A DNA stretch of 61,380 nt, filler included. It is 4 parts of 4 records of this genome, joined end to end, with 100 filler letters (N's around TTAATTAATTAA, not from the genome) between each part and the next. Parts side by side here need not be neighbours in the genome. Positions count along the whole stretch, not along the records: positions 1 to 22,065 come from SRR20825006_1222; positions 22,166 to 38,458 come from SRR20825006_1223; 2 more parts are not named here. One strand, 5' to 3'. Under the pieces are notes generated by a model. The model was not told where the DNA came from. It saw only the letters and a list, made by a program, of their open reading frames with translations, and did no database searches. Positions 18,807 to 28,847 of the stretch are shown here, one piece after another. The position numbers and the translations under genes are program-made. Every line of letters starts with the position of its first letter. The stretch's first letter is position 1.

Positions 18807-21169
18807 CTACTCACCTCCTTGAGGGCTTCATCCTGGCGCTCGTGATACTTCTTAAACTCGCTCTCTATCGCCGAAGTCCATTCAGTCACATCTTGCTGTA
18901 ACTTTTTACGCCACATCAGGTTGTTGAGAATGATGACCGGATGCACGCGCCGCGGACTCTCAAGCATGTCAAATGCCATTCCACCATCTTGGATCCTTCC
19001 GTGCTCATCTGGTCTTGCCAATTCTGATGTACCTGACAGTATCAAAGCATCAGCGGTCCACTCATCGGGCAAATAGCTATCTGCCAGCTGCAATGACCCA
19101 ATCTTCCGACAGCCAGATCCAAGAGCTCTCGAGCTTTGATTAAACGACAAATTGCCGTGCTCCTTATCGTCCACCGGATCTAGACTCTGTCCAAGGCTCG
19201 TACCAAGCATCAGGAGAAGCGCATCAACTAAATCTCCTATTCTCTCACGATCACCTTCCCATGGTGACTGGTTGGGACCAACACTGTTGAGCCACCGCAG
19301 AAAGCTTGACCGCAACAGAGGGCCAGTTTGCAACGCCTTGTTCCAGCTTGTCCAAATTGGTGAAATCTGAGCAATGATCGACGGATCAATTTTACCGAGT
19401 GCAGTCCAGTTACTATTCTGTAAAACGTCAGTTATCCGCGCATCGAGTAGTCGCAGAAGACATTGATCAATGGCGTCCGAGAGACCAGAGGTGTCGAGTT
19501 TTCGAGCAGGAAAATGACAAAAAACATCGTTCTGCGACATGGTAGCATTGTACAGCTCCCGCCATTGGACAAGTACTGCGTCAGTGGCGTACAATTTAAT
19601 CCGTTCATGATTAGCCTTGATCATACGTATAATGTCTGAACTTTCAGACACTTTGTCTGGAGGGAGAGTCACTAATAGATGGACGTCTTCTGTGAGTTGA
19701 TCACATTTGCGTGCAACATCGAGCAAACGCTCACTCCCTTGTTCATACAACTGATGAGTTGCTGAATCCTGACCGATGACAATCGTCGATTGGGCACGTG
19801 CTAAACGTTCTTTCTCGGAAGTTTTTGCTGCCTGATCTTTCAAGTTCTCAATTTCGAGTGTCTTGAAAAATTCAAAGGTTTCTGCTCTCAGTGCCGGAAT
19901 TTCGTCGCAAAGTCCGTGCTCATTAACATGCGCCTTATAACGATCAAAATATTGCTCAACAGGCTTATAGCGGCCTGCTCGATCAGGTCCGTGACGCAGA
20001 TAAACTCTGTCATAATTTTGCGTCAGGACTTGCCCCTCAACCAGTGGCCCTAGCACTTTAAATTTGTCGTTTTCCTTGCAAACGTCGGCGACCTTGCCAA
20101 CACTTCTTGTGATCTTGAGCTTCTTCTCCTTTGCTGCCTCGAGAACGGAAAAAGCCATCACTTGATTGAGCTGGGCAGCTTTGCCAGCAACGAAAAAGGG
20201 GCCATCGCTATTAACTGTGATTTCGCGATCAGTTCTTAATTGATGCTGAAGTTTAGTTAGGACATTGCGCTCAGAGAGTAACGGCGTGAGATATGTATCG
20301 AACGCTTTTTCTAGATTATCCTCTGCTTGGCCTTCTGCGTATGCTTTTTCCGTCTCTTGCCACAAGGTTTCACCCTCAAAATATGAGAGAAACCTCTCGG
20401 TAAAAGATAGGTGCTCGTAATCAAGAACCACCAGATTGATAAAGTCTGTAAGGCCACCATCACCGTTACCGCTCACAAAATAGTGAGCTGGACTGTGTTC
20501 TTCTGCTGCCGTAGCGCCGGTAGAGTTATGTTTCCAATAGTTATGCTTTTCGGCAACGCCACAAGAAGTCTCATGACCAAATCCAATTGCCAAAATCACA
20601 TGCTTGAATATGTGTTTGTCTTCTTTTCCCCGCGAGTCGAGGAACTCTATTCCCCACTCTGAGTCACCAGATCTTGTGACGCATTTTAATTCACGCTGGC
20701 TAGTAAATCTAAGATTCGTCAATGCAGCATCAGCAAAACCAAAATACTTCAGGAGTTCTTTTTGTACTTGCTCCCCCGTCATCGCTTCCCAAGTAAGGAT
20801 GGGGAGGTTGGCCCGAGACTCCAGTGATCCAAGTTTCGGCCACTCATAGATGTGCGGGTGAAGCATTCGAGGTGAGCTGCTTTGTAACTGAAGAACAGTC
20901 TCTGCAGGATCAAACAAGAACGCGTTTGCCCCCACAAGCGCAGTTGCAACTGCTGCGGTAACACCCGCTGCGCCAGCTCCGACAATGGCTACGTCATGGT
21001 TTTCCGAGAGCCTTCCGGTCTTCTCCAATGCGTGGATTAACTGCAACGCACGAACTTGCTGAGAATAGAAGGTAATTCGCCGATCAAAGGTACCCAAAAA
21101 ATACAGGCCTTCGTCTCCCGGGATGCCGGCTGATTGCAGCCAATCTTCGAACGGACAAGCAGAGTTCAC
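18803..21169 (-). CDS. FAD/NAD-dependent oxidoreductase (FMO-like) effector with C-terminal domain (Lamassu LmuA-like)
   Basis: Rossmann VAIVGAGAAG, LHPHIYEWP, ILAIGFG and a second nucleotide motif VSGNGDGGLTD; first gene of an effector-middle-SMC operon. Confidence 0.75.
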   Translation of the reverse strand: MNSACPFEDWLQSAGIPGDEGLYFLGTFDRRITFYSQQVRALQLIHALEKTGRLSENHDVAIVGAGAAGVTAAVATALVGANAFLFDPAETVLQLQSSSPRMLHPHIYEWPKLGSLESRANLPILTWEAMTGEQVQKELLKYFGFADAALTNLRFTSQRELKCVTRSGDSEWGIEFLDSRGKEDKHIFKHVILAIGFGHETSCGVAEKHNYWKHNSTGATAAEEHSPAHYFVSGNGDGGLTDFINLVVLDYEHLSFTERFLSYFEGETLWQETEKAYAEGQAEDNLEKAFDTYLTPLLSERNVLTKLQHQLRTDREITVNSDGPFFVAGKAAQLNQVMAFSVLEAAKEKKLKITRSVGKVADVCKENDKFKVLGPLVEGQVLTQNYDRVYLRHGPDRAGRYKPVEQYFDRYKAHVNEHGLCDEIPALRAETFEFFKTLEIENLKDQAAKTSEKERLARAQSTIVIGQDSATHQLYEQGSERLLDVARKCDQLTEDVHLLVTLPPDKVSESSDIIRMIKANHERIKLYATDAVLVQWRELYNATMSQNDVFCHFPARKLDTSGLSDAIDQCLLRLLDARITDVLQNSNWTALGKIDPSIIAQISPIWTSWNKALQTGPLLRSSFLRWLNSVGPNQSPWEGDRERIGDLVDALLLMLGTSLGQSLDPVDDKEHGNLSFNQSSRALGSGCRKIGSLQLADSYLPDEWTADALILSGTSELARPDEHGRIQDGGMAFDMLESPRRVHPVIILNNLMWRKKLQQDVTEWTSAIESEFKKYHERQDEALKEVSR

Positions 21170-21451
21170 TTTTTATCCTAAAGCTTAGAAATACTGATTA
21201 AAGTTCGAAATGCAAAACAAGGATGAAGTTCCTATTTTCGCTATTACTTTAAATAGTATCATGCCCATTCGATGGAAATCGATCAACGGATAATCACAAG
21301 CTTTGCTAAACTTATATTTGAATGAGATTCGAACCGCGGAAATTTCAAAACCGATATCCGATAATGGGTAAAGAACTCGAAGTCATAGAAATCCATTACA
21401 CCCCAATGCCGCATTTCGAGAAGTTATTGGTAAATTTAAATGGGCCTGTCC

Positions 21452-21997
21452 ATGAAGTTAAAGAGTGCTCTCGCAGGTCGCCTTATTGTACTCGGTGCTT
21501 TGATCTGCCCGATACACACAATGATGGTACCTGAACCAGTAAATGCGCAGGAGGAGCAGTGGGTTGCAGACACGTTTCAACGTCTTGAAACCCTTGCTGA
21601 TGAGAGAAAATCCTTACCGGTGATGAATGAAAACCCGTTGGATACGGAAACCTCCAGCGGGTTTGTTCACCTGATTATGTCTCTTCCCGTCAAGGTAATG
21701 GGGCGGACTGTGATTGCGGGCGGTTCCAAAATAGAGTGTCAGTACGACCCTGTTCGAAATGTCCGTTACATTCCCACAACCTGTCATAGAATTCTCACAC
21801 CGGAGGGATATGACTATCGCATTATAGGCCATATTTATGATCTAAATGGCACACGCGGAATTCCGGCAGACCGTCAAAAAAAGAATGGAGCGCAGCAAGC
21901 CGATCTTGCGAAAGAGCTGCAGCTTGTGATCGAACAGGTCACCGCAGTTGGATTTCCCTCTCGATTATGGCCGCACCCGACCCTGAACGAGGAATGA
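21452..21997 (+). CDS. Short VirB10/TrbI-like exported protein
   Basis: Signal peptide-like N-terminus; VIAGGSKIECQY...RILTPEG...DLNGTRGI resembles the VirB10 C-terminal beta-barrel; much shorter than canonical VirB10. Confidence 0.5.
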   Translation: MKLKSALAGRLIVLGALICPIHTMMVPEPVNAQEEQWVADTFQRLETLADERKSLPVMNENPLDTETSSGFVHLIMSLPVKVMGRTVIAGGSKIECQYDPVRNVRYIPTTCHRILTPEGYDYRIIGHIYDLNGTRGIPADRQKKNGAQQADLAKELQLVIEQVTAVGFPSRLWPHPTLNEE

Positions 21998-22065
21998 TCG
22001 CACCACTGATAAAATCATTTTGTCCGGAAACCTCAATTAACGGACAAATTCACCCCCGAAACGAT

Positions 22066-22165
22066 NNNNNNNNNNNNNNNNNNNNNNNNNNNNNNNNNNN
22101 NNNNNNNNNTTAATTAATTAANNNNNNNNNNNNNNNNNNNNNNNNNNNNNNNNNNNNNNNNNNNN
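22066..22165. other. Artificial contig linker
   Basis: 44 N + TTAATTAATTAA (stops in all six frames) + 44 N; composition changes abruptly across it. Confidence 0.98.
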
Positions 22166-23108
22166 CGACGATTGCCATTCCGGCACGCTGGTGAACGACG
22201 GGCACATGAACCGCGTTGTGCGCCATGCCATCGATTGTGGATGCGATCCGCTGGTCGCCTTGCAGATGGCGACGATCAACACCGCCACCCACTTTGGCCT
22301 AGAGCGCGAAATCGGTTCTTTGACCCCTGGACGGCGGGCAGATGTGATCCTGACCTCGGATCTGAAGACACTGCCCATTGAACATGTGATCGCGCGGGGA
22401 AAAACAGTCTCTGTCAACGGCGAAATCTGCGTTGACTGCCCGCATTACGACTGGCCCGATACCGCACGGCAGACTGTGAATATGGCGCGTGATCTGCGTG
22501 AGGAAGATTTTCGCATTGCTGCCCCCAAGGGCGCCAATGCCGTCACCGCCAATGTCATCGGTGTGGTCGAAAACCAGGCCCCCACCAAGGCGCTGCAATT
22601 CGAATTGCCCGTCACCGAAGGCCGGGTTCAGGCCACGGGTGAAGTGTGTCAGATCGCGCTGATCGAACGGCACCAGGCCACCGGCGGCGTGGTGAACGCC
22701 TTTGTCTCAGGGTTTGGATACGAGGGTCAGATGGCGATGGCCTCGACCGTGGCACATGACAGTCACCATATGATCGTGGTGGGCACTGACGCCGACAACA
22801 TGGCGCTGGCCGCCAACCGCTTGCGCGAGGTTGGGGGTGGTATCACCGTGTTCAAGGATGGCGCCGAACTGGCGCTGGTGGCCCTGCCGATTGCCGGCCT
22901 GATGTCCGACAGCCCCGCCCAAGAGGTCGCCGCCAAGGCCGATGCGATGATGGAGGCCATGCGCGCCTGCGGCTGCACGCTGAACAACGCCTATATGCAG
23001 CATTCGCTGCTGGCGCTGGTGGTGATCCCCGAACTGCGCATCTCGGACCTTGGCCTGGTTGACGTGCGTACCTTTGAATTCAAGCCCGTGATAGAGACAC
23101 ATACATGA
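22166..23108 (+). CDS. ade: Adenine deaminase, 5'-truncated by contig edge
   Basis: ALQMATINTATHFGL, PGRRAD, ASTVAHDSHH, LPIAGLMS and IPELRISDLGLVDV. Confidence 0.92.
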
Positions 23109-24568
23109 CCCGCATTCTGACACCGGACGACGGCCACCCGCGCAGCTTTACCGATGCGACCGCCGCCGTGGATTATCTGCAAGAGCTGTACACCACCGCC
23201 ACCACATTCCTGCGCGCGCAGTTCCTGAGTGCTATGTCCGACGGTGCGCCCGATGCGCGCGTGCGGGCGTTCTACCCCGAGGTGCGCGTGACCACGTTGA
23301 GCTATGCCCAGATCGACACGCGGCTGAGCTTTGGCCACGTGTCGACCCCTGGCACTTATGCCACGACGATCACCCGGCCCGACCTGTTTCGCAACTATCT
23401 GATCCAGCAGATCGGCCTGTTGATCGAACACCACGGTCAGCCGGTGCACATCGGGGCATCGGACACGCCCATTCCGGTGCATTTCGCCGTTGGCTCGGAC
23501 GCCGCCATTCAGGTGCCGCAACAGGGGGCGGCCAGCTTTACCCTGCGCGATGTCTTTGACGTGCCGGACCTGTCGACCACCAGCGACGACATCGTGAACG
23601 GCACCTTTGCCCCCAGCGACGGCGTCGGCCCGCTGGCCCCGTTCACCGCGCAGCGCATCGACTATTCGCTGGCGCGGCTGGCCCATTACACGGCCACCGA
23701 TCCCGAGCATTTCCAGAACTTTGTCCTGTTCACCAACTACCAGTTCTATGTCTCGGAGTTCGAAGCCTTTGCCCGCGCGCAGCTGGACGACCCCGACAGC
23801 GGCTATACTGCCTTTGTCTCGACCGGCAATGCGGTGATCACGGCAGGTGACCAGCCGCTGACAGAGCCGGTAAAGATGCCGCAAATGCCAACCTACCACC
23901 TCAAGCGGAAGGACGGCAGTGGCATCACGCTGGTGAACATCGGCATCGGCCCCTCGAACGCCAAGACCGCAACCGACCACATCGCAGTACTGCGCCCGCA
24001 CGCGTGGCTGATGGTCGGGCATTGCGCCGGTTTGCGCAATTCGCAGGCTCTGGGCGACTTTGTGCTGGCCCACGCCTATCTGCGCGAAGATCACGTGTTG
24101 GACGACGACCTGCCAGTGTGGATTCCGATCCCGGCGCTGGCGGAAATCCAGATCGCGTTGGAACAGGCGGTGGGCGAGGTCACGGCACTGGAGGGGTTCG
24201 ACCTGAAGCGGATCATGCGCACCGGCACCGTGGCAACCATCGACAACCGCAACTGGGAACTGCGCGACCAATCCGGCCCGGTTGCCCGCCTGTCGCAATC
24301 ACGCGCCGTGGCGCTGGACATGGAAAGCGCCACGATTGCCGCCAACGGCTACCGGTTCCGTGTGCCCTACGGCACCTTGCTGTGTGTGTCGGACAAACCC
24401 CTGCACGGCGAGCTTAAGCTGCCCGGAATGGCGTCCGAGTTCTATACAACGCAGGTGCAACGCCACCTGATGATCGGAATTCGCGCCATGGAACGGTTGC
24501 GCAAGATGCCCCTGGAACGTATTCACAGCCGGAAATTGAGGTCTTTTGACGAGACCGCCTTCCTCTGA
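23105..24568 (+). CDS. amn: AMP nucleosidase
   Basis: LFTNYQFY, PQMPTYHL, IGIGPSNAKTATDH, GHCAGLR, ALDMESATIA and VSDKPLHGE. Confidence 0.95.
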   Translation: MTRILTPDDGHPRSFTDATAAVDYLQELYTTATTFLRAQFLSAMSDGAPDARVRAFYPEVRVTTLSYAQIDTRLSFGHVSTPGTYATTITRPDLFRNYLIQQIGLLIEHHGQPVHIGASDTPIPVHFAVGSDAAIQVPQQGAASFTLRDVFDVPDLSTTSDDIVNGTFAPSDGVGPLAPFTAQRIDYSLARLAHYTATDPEHFQNFVLFTNYQFYVSEFEAFARAQLDDPDSGYTAFVSTGNAVITAGDQPLTEPVKMPQMPTYHLKRKDGSGITLVNIGIGPSNAKTATDHIAVLRPHAWLMVGHCAGLRNSQALGDFVLAHAYLREDHVLDDDLPVWIPIPALAEIQIALEQAVGEVTALEGFDLKRIMRTGTVATIDNRNWELRDQSGPVARLSQSRAVALDMESATIAANGYRFRVPYGTLLCVSDKPLHGELKLPGMASEFYTTQVQRHLMIGIRAMERLRKMPLERIHSRKLRSFDETAFL

Positions 24569-24719
24569 TCGGCGGAATCCGGGGAAAATCGGCAGAAACA
24601 AGCGAAAAAAGAACGATTACCGCTTGTCTTGAACCGCTATTCGTTGTGTTCATATACAACATTCCGTTACTCTACGGGCGTGAGGCCCTATAATTCGGGC
24701 GGACGAAGGAGACCATAAA

Positions 24720-25007
24720 ATGGCAAAACCAATGACAAAGACCCAACTCGTCGCCGCACTGGCCGAGGACATGGGGACAGACAAGAAATCCGCAGGCGCA
24801 GCACTGGATGCAGTTTGCGCGCTGATCACACGTGAAGTGTCCGGCGGCGGTGCCGTCACCCTGCCCGGCGTTGGCAAAATCTATTGCCGCGAGCGCCCCG
24901 AGCGCATGGTGCGCAACCCTGCCACCGGCGAGCAGTTCAAGAAAGAAGCCGACAAGGTTGTCAAAATGACAATCGCCAAGGCGCTGAAAGACAGCGTGAA
25001 CGGCTGA
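24720..25007 (+). CDS. HU/IHF-family DNA-binding protein
   Basis: MTKTQLVAALA...VTLPGVGK...RMVRNPATGE; AAGGAG RBS. Confidence 0.92.
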   Translation: MAKPMTKTQLVAALAEDMGTDKKSAGAALDAVCALITREVSGGGAVTLPGVGKIYCRERPERMVRNPATGEQFKKEADKVVKMTIAKALKDSVNG

Positions 25008-25030
25008 TCTTGTCTGAGACATGATTTCGG

Positions 25031-25064
25031 CAAAGGGTCGCCCTCGGGCGGCCCTTTGTTGTTT
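25031..25064 (+). terminator. Rho-independent terminator
   Basis: CAAAGGGTCGCCC-TC-GGGCGGCCCTTTG hairpin followed by a T-rich tail, after the HU gene. Confidence 0.75.
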
Positions 25065-25169
25065 CGGCGCACAAGGCATCAAACTGCATAACTTTGCCTG
25101 CGCCTTGCCCCTTGGCCGCAATTGGGAAAAGGTCGCCAAAACGGGCAACCACAGGACGCGACACCCGAC

Positions 25170-26039
25170 ATGGACATCAAAGCAATCCTGATGGGCGTCG
25201 TGTTCGCCTTTATCTGGTCCTCGGCCTTTACCTCGGCGCGGATCATCGTGACCGATGCGTCACCGCTGGCGGCCCTGTCGTTGCGGTTCTTTCTGTCAGG
25301 CATCATCGGCGTGATCATCGCCCGGATGATGGGCCAAAGCTGGAACCTGACCCGCAACCAGTGGCGGGCGACCTTTGTGTTCGGCCTGTGCCAGAACGCC
25401 ATCTATCTGGGACTGAACTTTTACGCGGTGCAGACCGTGCCGGCGTCGCTGGCGTCAATCATCGCGTCGACCATGCCACTGATGGTGGCGGCGGCCGGCT
25501 GGATCGTGTTCCGCGACCGGCTGCCGCTGTTCGGGGTGATCGGGTTGCTGATGGGCATTGTCGGCGTCGTCATCATCATGTCGGCGCGCATGGACGCCGG
25601 TGCGGACATGCGCGGGGTCGCCTCGTGCATCATCGGGGCCGCCTCGCTGACCATCGCCACGCTGTCGATGCGCGGCGCGTCGTCGGGCGGCAACCTGATG
25701 ATGGTCGTCGGGCTGCAAATGTTCGTGGGCGCGGGCGTGCTGGCCGTGGCCTCGGCGCTGACCGAAACGCTGCGGTTCAATCCGACGCCCCAGTTCTTTG
25801 CCGCTTTCGCCTACACCATGTTCGCGCCCGGACTGCTGGCCACCTACATCTGGTTTTCGCTGGTCCAGCGCATCGGTGCCGTCAAGGCGGCAACCTTCCA
25901 CTTTCTCAACCCGTTCTTTGGCGTGGCCGTCGCCGCGGTCCTGCTGGGCGAAAAGCTGGGCGCGCATGATATTCTGGGTGTCGTGATCATCGGACTGGGC
26001 ATTCTTGCGGTACAACTGTCACGCGCGACAAAAACCTGA
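25170..26039 (+). CDS. DMT/EamA-family transporter
   Basis: About ten TM helices; IWSSAFTSAR, LSLRF and FHFLNPFFGV...LLGEKL. Confidence 0.9.
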   Translation: MDIKAILMGVVFAFIWSSAFTSARIIVTDASPLAALSLRFFLSGIIGVIIARMMGQSWNLTRNQWRATFVFGLCQNAIYLGLNFYAVQTVPASLASIIASTMPLMVAAAGWIVFRDRLPLFGVIGLLMGIVGVVIIMSARMDAGADMRGVASCIIGAASLTIATLSMRGASSGGNLMMVVGLQMFVGAGVLAVASALTETLRFNPTPQFFAAFAYTMFAPGLLATYIWFSLVQRIGAVKAATFHFLNPFFGVAVAAVLLGEKLGAHDILGVVIIGLGILAVQLSRATKT

Positions 26040-26115
26040 CCCGGTTGTATTGCATACCATTGAGCCCCGCGCGTCGCTGCCGTTAGACTGGTTGCGTATT
26101 CAACCGGAGCCATTG

Positions 26116-26520
26116 ATGAACCGCCGCGCCTTTCTGACCGCCACTGCTGCCACCTTTGCCTTGCCGGGCGTCGCTTCCGCTTTTCAGGTCCGTACTTTCA
26201 GCCCGGCCCTGTGGGACGAAGTGCGCGCCAGCGATCAGGTGGTGATCCTGAACTTTCGCACGAACTGGTCGCTGACCTGCCAGATCAAGCAGGAGCTGAT
26301 TGCCGAGGCAATTTCGGAAAACCCCGAATATGGTGAATTGCAGTTCATTGACGTCAACTGGGACACCTATGGGCGTTCGCGCATGGCCGAGCGGCTGAAA
26401 GTCGCGCGGCGGTCTACCTTGCTGGTGATGAAAAACGGCAATGAAATCGCGCGCCTGGTGAACGAACCCGAGACTGGCAAGATCCGCAGCCTGATGGACG
26501 CCGCATTGGCCGCACGCTGA
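26116..26520 (+). CDS. Thioredoxin-fold protein with Tat signal (WSLTC instead of WCxxC)
   Basis: MNRRAFL twin-arginine leader; LNFRTNWSLTC, FIDVNWD and RSTLLVMKNGNEIARL. Confidence 0.75.
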   Translation: MNRRAFLTATAATFALPGVASAFQVRTFSPALWDEVRASDQVVILNFRTNWSLTCQIKQELIAEAISENPEYGELQFIDVNWDTYGRSRMAERLKVARRSTLLVMKNGNEIARLVNEPETGKIRSLMDAALAAR

Positions 26521-26576
26521 ACTGAAGGTCGTTTTCAGAACAGTCATTGCCAGGACGAATGCACTAGTTTCCGGCC

Positions 26577-27548
26577 ATGACACTTGTTCCGCGCCGCTAC
26601 GTATTCCTGCTGATCCCCGGATATAGCCAGCTTGGCTTTGCCTGTGCACTCGAAGCGCTGAGCCTCGCGAACACACACCCTTCGGGACAGACATATTACA
26701 CGTGGCTGGTGCTCAGCGCCGACGGTGCGCCGGTGCCAGCCTACAACGGGATCACCACCGTGGTGGACGGCCCGCTGAGCGAACTGCACCACGACGATAC
26801 GCTGGTGGTCTGTGCGGGCGAGCATGCGGGCGCGGGCAGCACCAAACCCGTGCTGAACTGGCTGCGCCGCGAAGCCCGACGCGGCATTGACTTCGGGGCG
26901 CTGTCGTCTGGGGCATATACACTGGCGCTGGCCGGGCTGCTGGCGGGCAAGCGAGTGGTCACCCATTGGCAGTACCGCGATGCGCTGTGCGAACTGCTGC
27001 CCGATGTGACCATCGAAAAGGGTCTGTTCGCGATCGACGGGCGCGTGTTCACATCTGCAGGCGGGGCCGCGTCGATGGACATGATGCTGGCGCGTATCCG
27101 CGATGAATACGGGCAGGATCTGGCGACATGGGTGGCCGATCAGATGGTCTATACCCATCCACGCCAGAAGGAACACGCCCAGCGCATGTCGGCGGGCGGC
27201 CCTGCCGAGGCGCGCAATCCCAAGCTGGCGCTGGCCTTGCAAGCCATGGCCAACAACCTTGAGGACCCGTTGCGCCCCGACGAGATTGCCGATCTGGTCG
27301 GCCTGTCCACCCGCCAGCTGGAGCGGTTGTTTGCAAAATACATGGCCGTATCGCCCAAGCGACACTACCTCTGCCTGCGACTGGAAAAAGCGCGCGGGCT
27401 GTTGCGACAGACCTCCATGACCGTCACGGACATTTGCGTGGCCTGCGGATTCCAGTCGCTGTCGCATTTCTCGAAATGCTACCGCAGCAACTTTGGCCTC
27501 AGTCCCGGTCAGGAAATGCGGGGGAGCCATTTGTTGTGGACCTCGTGA
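26577..27548 (+). CDS. GlxA-family AraC transcriptional regulator
   Basis: DJ-1/PfpI-like N-terminus (LAGLLAGKRVVTHW, TSAGG) and AraC HTH (LSTRQLERLF, CGFQSLSHFSKCYR). Confidence 0.92.
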   Translation: MTLVPRRYVFLLIPGYSQLGFACALEALSLANTHPSGQTYYTWLVLSADGAPVPAYNGITTVVDGPLSELHHDDTLVVCAGEHAGAGSTKPVLNWLRREARRGIDFGALSSGAYTLALAGLLAGKRVVTHWQYRDALCELLPDVTIEKGLFAIDGRVFTSAGGAASMDMMLARIRDEYGQDLATWVADQMVYTHPRQKEHAQRMSAGGPAEARNPKLALALQAMANNLEDPLRPDEIADLVGLSTRQLERLFAKYMAVSPKRHYLCLRLEKARGLLRQTSMTVTDICVACGFQSLSHFSKCYRSNFGLSPGQEMRGSHLLWTS

Positions 27549-27589
27549 AGCCGCGCTAAACCTTGGGGGAACAGACCCAAGGTATTTCA

Positions 27590-28843
27590 ATGAAACTGCT
27601 TTTTGTGCACCAGAACATGCCTGGCCAGTACCGCGAATTTGTCCAGTGGCTGGCTGACACTCGCGATCACGACATCATCTTTCTGACCCAGCGCCGCAAG
27701 CCGCCCTTGATGAAAGGCGTGCGCGAACTGGTCTACAAGGCACACCATCAGGCATCAGAAGACACCTATGGGCTGGTCAAGACATGGGAAAACGCCGCCG
27801 GTTCCGGCTTTGGCTGCGCGATGGCGGCACAAGGCTTGCGCGACAAGGAAGGGTGGACGCCCGACATCATCATCGGGCACGTCGGCTGGGGCGAGCTAAC
27901 CTTCATGAAGGAAATCTACCCCGATGTGCCGATCATCGGCTTTTTCGAATATTACTACAGCGTCACCGGCGGTCCCGTCGGCTTTGATCCCGAAAGCCCG
28001 GTCAGCGACCACGCGCCATTCATCATGCAGGCGCACAACACCGTGCCGCTGGTCAACATCGACCGCGTGGATCTGGCGCAGTGTCCGACGGAATGGCAAA
28101 AGAACCGCTTTCCAACTGCCTTTCATGACAAGATGTACGTCTGTCACGACGGCATCCGCACCGACACGCTGCTGCCCAATCCTGATGTGGAACTGCGTCT
28201 GGGCCGGATCGACCGCCCGCTGACCCGTGCCGATGAAATCGTGACCTATGTGGCGCGCAATCTGGAAACCACCCGCGGCTTTCACCAGTTCATGCGCGCC
28301 CTGCCCGGCATCCTTGCGGGACGGCCCAACGCCCGCGTGATGGTGGTGGGCGGCAACGACACCTCCTATGGCGGCAAGTCCGAGCATCCCAACGGCCTGC
28401 GCGGCCAGATGGAGGCCGAAGTGGGCGACCGTGTCGATTGGTCCCGCGTGCATTTTCTGGGGCAGGTCCCCTATGACGCCTATCAGAAGCTGATCCAGAT
28501 CAGCCGCTGCCATATTTATCTGACCATGCCCTTTGTGCTGTCGTGGTCGCTGCTGGAATCCATGTCGATGCAGGCCACCATCGTGGCCAGCGACGTGGCC
28601 CCCGTGCGCGAGGCGATCACCCATGGGGAAACCGGGATGCTGGTGGATTTCTTTGATCCCGAGGCGCTGGCGGCGCAGGTCGTCGATGTACTGGCGCGGC
28701 CCGATGCCTATGCGCATCTGGGACCGAACGCGCGGGCGCATGTTGTGAAAACCTATGATTTCCTAAGCGTATGCCTGCCCGAGCACCTGCGCCAGATCAA
28801 CGCGCTGGTGCCAGCGGACAAGGCCATAGCCCTGCCCGCCTAG
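27590..28843 (+). CDS. Glycosyltransferase family 4
   Basis: LFVHQNMPGQY, GHVGWGE, ARNLETTRGF and PFVLSWSLLESM...VREAITHGETG. Confidence 0.9.
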   Translation: MKLLFVHQNMPGQYREFVQWLADTRDHDIIFLTQRRKPPLMKGVRELVYKAHHQASEDTYGLVKTWENAAGSGFGCAMAAQGLRDKEGWTPDIIIGHVGWGELTFMKEIYPDVPIIGFFEYYYSVTGGPVGFDPESPVSDHAPFIMQAHNTVPLVNIDRVDLAQCPTEWQKNRFPTAFHDKMYVCHDGIRTDTLLPNPDVELRLGRIDRPLTRADEIVTYVARNLETTRGFHQFMRALPGILAGRPNARVMVVGGNDTSYGGKSEHPNGLRGQMEAEVGDRVDWSRVHFLGQVPYDAYQKLIQISRCHIYLTMPFVLSWSLLESMSMQATIVASDVAPVREAITHGETGMLVDFFDPEALAAQVVDVLARPDAYAHLGPNARAHVVKTYDFLSVCLPEHLRQINALVPADKAIALPA

Positions 28844-28847
28844 ATCA

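Noticed and set aside
21322-21334. ATGAGATTCGAAC resembling ATGAGACTCGAAC at 105-117, as a possible far transposon end
   Set aside because: Single degenerate copy in direct orientation, with no array or terminal motif.
22110-22121. TTAATTAATTAA palindrome (also in the other two linkers)
   Set aside because: Artificial six-frame stop linker embedded in Ns.
22991-24298. Long antisense ORFs in the GC-rich fragment (also 26544-27590, 27896-28741, 34644-35891, 35783-36664)
   Set aside because: Shadows of well-supported genes, caused by GC-rich codon bias; no recognisable motifs.
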